Below are positions 57,481 to 64,000 of a stretch of 64,000 nt of DNA, one piece after another. Positions within the stretch are counted from its first letter, which is position 1; every line of letters starts with the position of its first letter. The translations under genes were made by a program, and so were the position numbers. The DNA is from Spirochaetaceae bacterium (GTDB lineage: Bacteria; Spirochaetota; Spirochaetia; DSM-2461): positions 2,016,001 to 2,080,000 of the forward strand of contig OZ245056.1 in the NCBI GenBank assembly GCA_965224705.1, read 5' to 3'. A model generated the notes under the pieces. The model was not told the origin of the DNA. It did no database searches and was given only the letters and a program-made list of their open reading frames with translations.

Positions 57481-58458
57481 ATGAAAAAAGCGGTGCGTGT
57501 TGCGGTTACTGGAGCTGCAGGTCAGATAAGCTATTCAATTATTTTCAGAATTGCCAGTGGTGATATGCTTGGGCCGGATCAGCCGATAATACTCCAACTA
57601 CTGGAAATCCCTCCGGTCATGAAGGCTCTCGAAGGTGTTGTGATGGAACTCAAGGATGGTGCATTTCCCCTTGTTGCTGGTATCTCAGCTTCGGATGATG
57701 TCAATGCGGTCTTCAAGGATACCGATTATGCCATCCTCATAGGTTCCAGACCTCGTGGTCCGGGAATGGAGCGTGCTGATCTTCTGGAAGGAAACGCCAC
57801 AATTTTTTCAACTCAGGGCAAAGCTCTCAACAGCAATGCAAACCCTGACGTGAAAGTTCTTGTGGTAGGCAATCCAGCCAATACAAATGCCTTAATCACA
57901 TTGAAAAACGCACCGGATCTTAAACCTGAAAACATCACCTGTATGACACGCCTTGATCACAATCGTGCTCTGGCTCTGCTTGCAGAGAAAACTGAATCAC
58001 ATACAACCGAGATTAAAAAACTGTCTGTATGGGGGAACCATTCTCCTACTCAATATCCTGACATCAGTTTTGCGACAATCAATGGGAAAGCGGCTATGTC
58101 CATGGTGAGTGATGATTGGAATACGAAAGAGTTCATCCCGGCTGTTCAGCAGCGTGGAGCTGCCATCATTAAAGCTCGTGGTGCCTCTTCGGCCGCCTCC
58201 GCTGCTTCTGCGGCAGTTGACCACATGAGAAGCTGGATCCTGGGTACCGGAGGAGAGTGGACCAGTATGGGTGTTTACAGTGCCGGTAACCCCTATGGTA
58301 TCGACGAAGGACTGATGTATTCATTCCCGGTAACCTGCGAGAGAGGTGAGTGGAAGGTTGTTGAAAAACTTGAAATCAGTGATTTTAGTCGTGAGCGAAT
58401 TAAAAAAACGGAAGATGAACTGCTGAGTGAGAGAGATATCATCAGACATCTTTTGTAA
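57481..58458 (+). CDS. mdh: NAD-dependent malate dehydrogenase
   Basis: [53 protein letters not shown]. Confidence 0.97.
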   Translation: MKKAVRVAVTGAAGQISYSIIFRIASGDMLGPDQPIILQLLEIPPVMKALEGVVMELKDGAFPLVAGISASDDVNAVFKDTDYAILIGSRPRGPGMERADLLEGNATIFSTQGKALNSNANPDVKVLVVGNPANTNALITLKNAPDLKPENITCMTRLDHNRALALLAEKTESHTTEIKKLSVWGNHSPTQYPDISFATINGKAAMSMVSDDWNTKEFIPAVQQRGAAIIKARGASSAASAASAAVDHMRSWILGTGGEWTSMGVYSAGNPYGIDEGLMYSFPVTCERGEWKVVEKLEISDFSRERIKKTEDELLSERDIIRHLL

Positions 58459-58594
58459 TGGATGCGATAATATTGACCCCGCACCACCACCCGGACTCCC
58501 TTTGACTCCGGTATCACCTGCACCGCCTGCAGCACTGGAATCTGGTGCCAATAGAGTCAAAACCACACAAAACACAGGAGTGTTCTGGCAGAAG

Positions 58595-58828
58595 TTTTCG
58601 GAGTGTCAGGAAGCTTGTAAAGGTCTCATTGTATTTAAACCCGATCAGGTGAAATGATCTGTACTGTACAGTAATCCCATACCGTTTTTTGCTGGGATTT
58701 GATGTTTCAAATCCCGTACCGGTGAGAAGCAGCCTCAATATGAAAACCCATAATTATATTCTTTACATTAAATTATGCCACAAGAAAGAAATGCCACCAT
58801 TTCAACATGCTTCCGGACACTCGGAAAA
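58595..58828. mobile_element. MITE family A, diverged (~234 bp)
   Basis: TTTTCGGAGTGTCAGGAAGCTTGT / ACATGCTTCCGGACACTCGGAAAA inverted repeats. Confidence 0.7.
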
Positions 58829-59372
58829 GTTCTTCATGTGCCGCTGCATTTTATGCCTGACTTCCCCTGAAGAGTAACCAATACATGCTAATGGATCGGG
58901 GGACTGCAAAGTTCTTTGAAACAGGTATAGCCTCTCCCTTTGACTTGCTTCTTATCGGGATGCCCTTAAAGCATCCAATCCACTATGCCCGAACAGACTC
59001 CAGAGCCACTTGACAGTTTCTTATATCTGCGAAGAAGAGTCGCGGAATAAGAGCGAGATTATAGCTGGTTATCCGCACAAAACGAGTCAGAATTACACTT
59101 CTTCCGTGAGGCTCTTCTATATTGCACAGCCTCATCTCTTGCTAATTCCCGTCTGGTTTTCGTTGTCAACCTCATAACTCGATCTCTTACTTCAAAGGCC
59201 GTTCGAGTAGATTTTAGTTATGAGGCAACCACATGCTTTCGAGTCGATTAGTTATCAGGCAATTCGCATCGTTGCATAAGACCTCTCTCCGCTGTATACT
59301 GAATGGCGCAAAATGCTTGACAGGGAGCCCACCGCCCCTGATGTTTTCCATCCCCCTTAAAGGAGACCTGCC

Positions 59373-62264
59373 ATGAAACGTTTCTTTTTGCTAGCCCTAT
59401 TGACCGCCGCCGCAGCCGCCCCCCTCCTTGCCGAAGGAGGGAGCGGCCAAACCGGCGGCCCGCCGCCATCCACCGCAGAACCCGCGACCGAGCCCCTGCT
59501 GCGGCTGAACACCCCCATGCACTTCGCCCCGGTTGAAAGCATTAGCGCCGATGCCGCCGGGAAGCTCGTCCTTACCGCCAGCCAAGACAAGACCGCCAGG
59601 CTCTGGGACGGGGAGAGCGGCGAACTGCTGCGCATCCTGCGCCCGCCCGCCGGGGAGGGGGATGAGGGCAGGCTCTACGCCTGCGCCCTCTCCGCCGACG
59701 GCAGGCTGGCCGCCGTCGGCGGATGGACAAAGGCAGGATACAGCGGCTCCGGCAACCACAACATCTACCTCTTCGACACCGCCGCCGGTGGCATGGTCCA
59801 GCGGCTCTCCGGCCTGGGCAATGTGATACTTGATCTGGAATTCCACTCAGGCGGCGCTCTGGCGGCGGCCCTAGGCGGCATAGATGGCATCCGAATCTGG
59901 CGGCCCTCCTCCGGCGGCTACCGCCTGGCCGCCAGGGACAGCGATTACGGCGATTCTTCTTACGACATCACCTTCAGCCATGACGGCAGGCTGGCCTCGG
60001 TCAGCCTTGACGGCCACATTCGGCTCTACGATGATGATTTCCAGCTAGCCGAAAAGCGCCGCGCCCAGGGGGGGAATCATCCCTATTCGGCGGACTTCTC
60101 CCCCAACGGCTCCAGGCTGGCGGTGGCCTATGCTGACTCGCCAAGGGTGGAGGTGCTGGACGGCCATGGCCTGGAACTCCTCTACCGCCCCGACATCGCC
60201 GGTGCCGATGAGCCGGGTCAGAGTATATATCAACTCGCCTTCGCCCCCGGCGGCGCCCTCTACGGCGGCGGCGTTTACCATGATTACATCGACGGCGGCT
60301 GGTGGAAACTCGTGCGCCGCTGGGAGGACGGCGGCCGGGGGGCCTACCGCGACTTCAAGGCCGCAGGCAACACCATCACGGATCTCAAGGTGCTCCGCGA
60401 CGGCTCCCTCCTGACGGCGGGGAGCCAGCCCGACTGGGGCCGCTACGGGCCCGATGGCCAGAAGATAATCTACAAGCGGGGGGAGATCTCCGATTTTAAA
60501 AACAAGGATTTTATTGAGCACTTCACCCTCAGCCGCCAGGGCGACAGGCTCTCCTTTAAGCCCCAGAGCGGAAAGGCCATGGTCTTCAGCCTTGGCGATC
60601 GCAGCCTTGCGGTCTCCGGTGAGACCTTCCATCCCTACCGCGACAGCGGGGGCGGCGTCAGCGCAGCCGACTGGGAGAACTCCTACACCCCCCGCGTCAA
60701 CGGACGGGAGGCCGACTTTCTCGATCAATACGAAAGGAACCGCAGCGTGGATGTGGGGGACGACGGCACCATGCTCTTTGGTGCGGAATGGTCCCTCTAC
60801 GCCCTGGAGCCGTCCGGCAAAACACGGTGGCGGACCGATGTGCCGGGGGTGGCCTGGGCGGTCAAAATCTCCGGCGATGGGCGCGTCGCGGTATCGGCCC
60901 ACAACGGCGGGGAGATCCGCTGGCACCGCATGGCCGACGGGGAGCATCTGCTCTCCCTCTTTGCCCACCCCGACGGCCGCCGCTGGCTGGCCTGGAGTCC
61001 CCTGGGCTACTACGATGCCAGCCCCGGCGCCGACAATCTGGCCGGCTGGCACCTCAACCAGGGGGCCGACGATGCCGCCGCCTTCTATCCCCTTTCCCGC
61101 TTCGCCAGCCGCTTCTACCGGCCCGAGGTGGTGGCCGGCATCATCCGTCACGCCGATGTGGAAACGGCCCTGGCCGAAGCGGGCAAAGGCGGACGCAAAA
61201 TCCTGCCCGATGCGGACATCGCCCAGCTGCTGCCGCCGGAAATCGTCATCATCTCGCCCTCCAACGGCCAGGAGGTCTCCTCCGGCCGGATAAGGGTGCG
61301 CTACCGGGTGAGCGCCCCCCCGGGCGGGGAGGTTACCGCCGTGAGGGCCTTTGTCGATGGCCGTCCAGCGGGGGAGCGCGGCCTTCGACCTGTCGGCACC
61401 GCCGGTGAGATAGAGGTTCCCGTGCCCGAGCGGGACTGCCGAATATCCCTGGTGGCGGAGAACCGCCATGCCGCCAGCGAGCCGGCGGTGGTGAGCGTCC
61501 GCTGGCGGGGAGAGGAGGCCTTTGTCGTCAAGCCCAAACTCTACGTGCTGGCGGTGGGTGTCAGCGGCTACCGGGACGCCGATCTGCGGCTGGACTACGC
61601 CGCCAAGGACGCCCGCGACTTTGTGGACAGCCTTAAGGCCCAGGACGGCGGCCTCTACCGGGGGGTGACGGCGAGGCTGCTCACCGACGGCCAGGCCACT
61701 AAGGGGGATATACTGGACGGCCTGGACTGGATACTGCGGGAGACCACCCAGAAGGACGTGGCCATGGTGTTTCTCGCCGGTCACGGCGTGAACGACGACT
61801 ACGGCGACTACTACTTTTTGCCCCAGGACACCGATCGAGAGCGTCTCAAGCGCACCGGCGTTCCCTACTCCGAGATTCGCAGCACGGTGTCCAACATCGC
61901 CGGCAAGGCCCTGTTCTTCATCGACTCCTGTCACAGCGGCAACGTGCTGGGAACGCGGCGCGGTTCCCTGGACATCAACGGCATCATCAATCAGCTTGCC
62001 AGTGCCGAGAACGGAGTGGTGGTGTTCGCCTCCTCGAGCGGCCGCCAGTTCAGCCTTGAGGACCCTGCCTGGAACAACGGCGCCTTCACCAAGGCCCTGG
62101 TGGAGGGCATCAGGGGAGGGGCGGCCTACCGCGGCGACAGGATTACCGTGAACATGCTGGACCTCTACATATCCGAGCGGGTTAAGGAACTCACCGGAGG
62201 CCGCCAAACTCCCACCACTGCCAGGCCCAGCACGGTTCCTGATTTTCCTATTGCGTTGAAGTAG
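59373..62264 (+). CDS. Secreted WD40 beta-propeller, Ig-like and caspase (peptidase C14) protein
   Basis: AAGGAG RBS; signal peptide; WD repeats (LTASQDKTARLWD, LASVSLDGHIRLYD); LAVGVSGY..AAKDA; dyad motifs FLAGHG and IDSCHSG. Confidence 0.9.
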   Translation: MKRFFLLALLTAAAAAPLLAEGGSGQTGGPPPSTAEPATEPLLRLNTPMHFAPVESISADAAGKLVLTASQDKTARLWDGESGELLRILRPPAGEGDEGRLYACALSADGRLAAVGGWTKAGYSGSGNHNIYLFDTAAGGMVQRLSGLGNVILDLEFHSGGALAAALGGIDGIRIWRPSSGGYRLAARDSDYGDSSYDITFSHDGRLASVSLDGHIRLYDDDFQLAEKRRAQGGNHPYSADFSPNGSRLAVAYADSPRVEVLDGHGLELLYRPDIAGADEPGQSIYQLAFAPGGALYGGGVYHDYIDGGWWKLVRRWEDGGRGAYRDFKAAGNTITDLKVLRDGSLLTAGSQPDWGRYGPDGQKIIYKRGEISDFKNKDFIEHFTLSRQGDRLSFKPQSGKAMVFSLGDRSLAVSGETFHPYRDSGGGVSAADWENSYTPRVNGREADFLDQYERNRSVDVGDDGTMLFGAEWSLYALEPSGKTRWRTDVPGVAWAVKISGDGRVAVSAHNGGEIRWHRMADGEHLLSLFAHPDGRRWLAWSPLGYYDASPGADNLAGWHLNQGADDAAAFYPLSRFASRFYRPEVVAGIIRHADVETALAEAGKGGRKILPDADIAQLLPPEIVIISPSNGQEVSSGRIRVRYRVSAPPGGEVTAVRAFVDGRPAGERGLRPVGTAGEIEVPVPERDCRISLVAENRHAASEPAVVSVRWRGEEAFVVKPKLYVLAVGVSGYRDADLRLDYAAKDARDFVDSLKAQDGGLYRGVTARLLTDGQATKGDILDGLDWILRETTQKDVAMVFLAGHGVNDDYGDYYFLPQDTDRERLKRTGVPYSEIRSTVSNIAGKALFFIDSCHSGNVLGTRRGSLDINGIINQLASAENGVVVFASSSGRQFSLEDPAWNNGAFTKALVEGIRGGAAYRGDRITVNMLDLYISERVKELTGGRQTPTTARPSTVPDFPIALK

Positions 62265-62409
62265 GGGGGTAGGGGGAATAAGGTCTTTTTTTTGCTTAGT
62301 CTTTTCTCTCCGGCCGCTTGCTCCATGTCGGCTCTTCTCTTCGCTGTCGCGCCTGATACAATGCTTGTCCTGAGCTTTCGCGAAGACAGGCTGCGGCCAG
62401 CTGCGCTTT

Positions 62410-62670
62410 CCCATCGCTGCCCCCCAATCATAGTTGTTCTAATAGGATCTTCAGGAAGACTAACACCCGAAACCCTAAAAAAACCACAATATTCTTTTTT
62501 CTTATTTTTGAACTCATAATCCTTGAAAACAATTATCTGATTCAGCTCTTTCTCCTATTGATTTTCTCCCAATTTACCCATCAATTCTTTTCTGAAGCTA
62601 TCAGGTTTTCCACTGAGTTCTCCCAAAATTAGCGCATCTCCCCCATTCGATTCAAAAAGTAGAAACAAGA
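62410..62670 (-). pseudogene. AT-rich gene fragment with an internal TAG, function unknown
   Basis: Minus frame reads LFLLFESNGG..ENQ*EKELNQIIVF..RTTMIGG; composition contrasts sharply with the GC-rich neighbour. Confidence 0.25.
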
Positions 62671-62875
62671 CTTCTTAATTTGAACATATCGGCTATCAAT
62701 TGAGACATTGTTATCGTTCTATTGGCATTGTGACCACCTGAAGTCTCTCTGTATGAAGGCTAAAAAATGAACCCTTGAAACCTTTCAAACTCTCTCTCGA
62801 CGCCGTCAAACCAAGGTTGAACAGAGTCAGTTAAGTGCCGCGTTCGATACACACGCCCAACAAACCACTCATCCT

Positions 62876-63916
62876 TCATCCTTTAACAAAGTATCCACCG
62901 TTTCTAGGTGCCCCTCGAAACTCAATTGTACTGCCTTCTTTCAGTTGGCTAAGGTAGCGTTGTACGGTTCGCAGGGGAATACTCAGTGCACCGGCTATGG
63001 CATTCGCACGGCATCCCGGATTGGCTTTTATATAAACAATAACCTGGTTTACTACGCCATTTACTACGCCATTTACTGCGCCATTTACTGCGCCATTTGA
63101 AATTTCCCCACTCTGATAGGCCTTGAGTGCCTCATGAATTTCCGTAAGCATAAAATCGATGAAAGCCCGGCTATTTGCGTCCTTTGTACTTTCGTTTATC
63201 GCATCGTAATAGGCCTGCTGATTGTCATGCACCATGGATTCCACTGGCAACACGAGAAAGGCTTCATTCAGTTGTCCAAGGATAAGCGATTGCCACAGAC
63301 GTCCCATACGCCCGTTGCCATTGGCAAAAGGGTGAATAAACTCAAACTCATAGTGAAAAACACAACTGCGAATAAGCAGGTGATCATCAGCACCTTTCAG
63401 CCAGGCAAAGAGATCGTTCATCAAAGCCGGAACCCGATTCGCAGGCGGCGCCATGTGAATGCACTGATTGCCGGTAAAAACACCGACACCCCCTTGCCTG
63501 AAACTTCTCGGACGCTCATCTAAGGCAGACATCAAAACGCTGTGAGCACGCAGTAAATCATTGAGATCAAAGGGATTTAGCTCGGCAATTAAGTCATAAA
63601 CGGCAATCGCGTTTTTCACTTCTTGAATCTGCCGAACTGGAGCGACCACCCGTTTCCCGTCCAGCAGATCCGAGACTTGGCTTTCAGTCAAAGTGTTGCC
63701 TTCAATAGCCAGCGATGAATGAATCGTTTTAACTTTATTCGCTCTTCGGAGGCGCAATGAATCTTGACGTTCCAAGCGGATCGCATAGCGTTCTATCATT
63801 GCCGAAATTCCTGCGACGAATGAAATTGCCTTTGACGAAACCGTGAAAGGCGGAGCGTAACCGTCTGTCGAATCCGGTCCTCCCTGTACCGTTATCTTTT
63901 CTTTCCCATCCCTCAT
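62876..63916 (-). CDS. Fic-family protein with a C-terminal HTH
   Basis: HPFANGNGRMGR Fic motif; N-terminal inhibitory-type SSLAIEGN; HTH ANAIAGALSIPLRTVQRYL. Confidence 0.93.
   Translation of the reverse strand: MRDGKEKITVQGGPDSTDGYAPPFTVSSKAISFVAGISAMIERYAIRLERQDSLRLRRANKVKTIHSSLAIEGNTLTESQVSDLLDGKRVVAPVRQIQEVKNAIAVYDLIAELNPFDLNDLLRAHSVLMSALDERPRSFRQGGVGVFTGNQCIHMAPPANRVPALMNDLFAWLKGADDHLLIRSCVFHYEFEFIHPFANGNGRMGRLWQSLILGQLNEAFLVLPVESMVHDNQQAYYDAINESTKDANSRAFIDFMLTEIHEALKAYQSGEISNGAVNGAVNGVVNGVVNQVIVYIKANPGCRANAIAGALSIPLRTVQRYLSQLKEGSTIEFRGAPRNGGYFVKG
63048..63095 (-). repeat. 4 x 12-bp in-frame tandem repeat (GAVN GAVN GVVN GVVN)
   Basis: TTTACT(A/G)CGCCA repeated four times on the + strand. 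Confidence 0.9.
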
Positions 63917-64000
63917 CGCTCCACCTCATTCTCCAAATTCGGGGTATGTTTGGGCTGAAGGTTATTGTTGTCAGTAGACCCCTGCGAGCTGACAGCACTG
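63913..64000 (-). CDS. 3' end of a gene upstream of fic (partial)
   Basis: Open frame ..SQGSTDNNNLQPKHTPNLENEVER* whose TGA overlaps the fic ATG (ATGA). Confidence 0.4.
   Translation of the reverse strand, partial: SAVSSQGSTDNNNLQPKHTPNLENEVER

Noticed and set aside
60045..62414. 789-aa antisense ORF and other long alternate-frame ORFs over the caspase gene
   Set aside because: Shadow ORFs expected from GC-rich codon bias; no recognisable motifs.
62829..62861. GTTAAGT and GCCCAAC integron-like cores downstream of fic
   Set aside because: Wrong order for an attC and no supporting hairpin.

Overview
Chromosomal window from what looks like a free-living spirochaete (Spirochaetales-type gene content; inferred, not proven). 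Core and envelope genes include glyA, a tandem-cNMP Crp-like protein, an OmpR/BaeS-type two-component pair, ftsH, glgX, hflKC, cimA-leuA behind a putative attenuator, rph, a polyprenyl synthase and mdh. A four-gene operon couples an adenylate cyclase with a CheA-P1/P2-like N-terminus to a FecR/Ig-repeat protein and two Ig + beta-barrel proteins. A ~17.7 kb island (34109-51789) is bounded by a direct repeat of the tRNA-Met(CAT) 3' end. It carries a near-complete aryl-polyene (APE)-type type II PKS cluster that is decaying: the ammonia-lyase has an in-frame TGA and the thioesterase is deleted and fused to LolA. There is one intact IS1-like element, two families of small TIR elements (MITEs), several transposase remnants, a GC-rich secreted WD40-caspase gene and a Fic gene. 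All calls come from motif recognition by eye; no database search was run.
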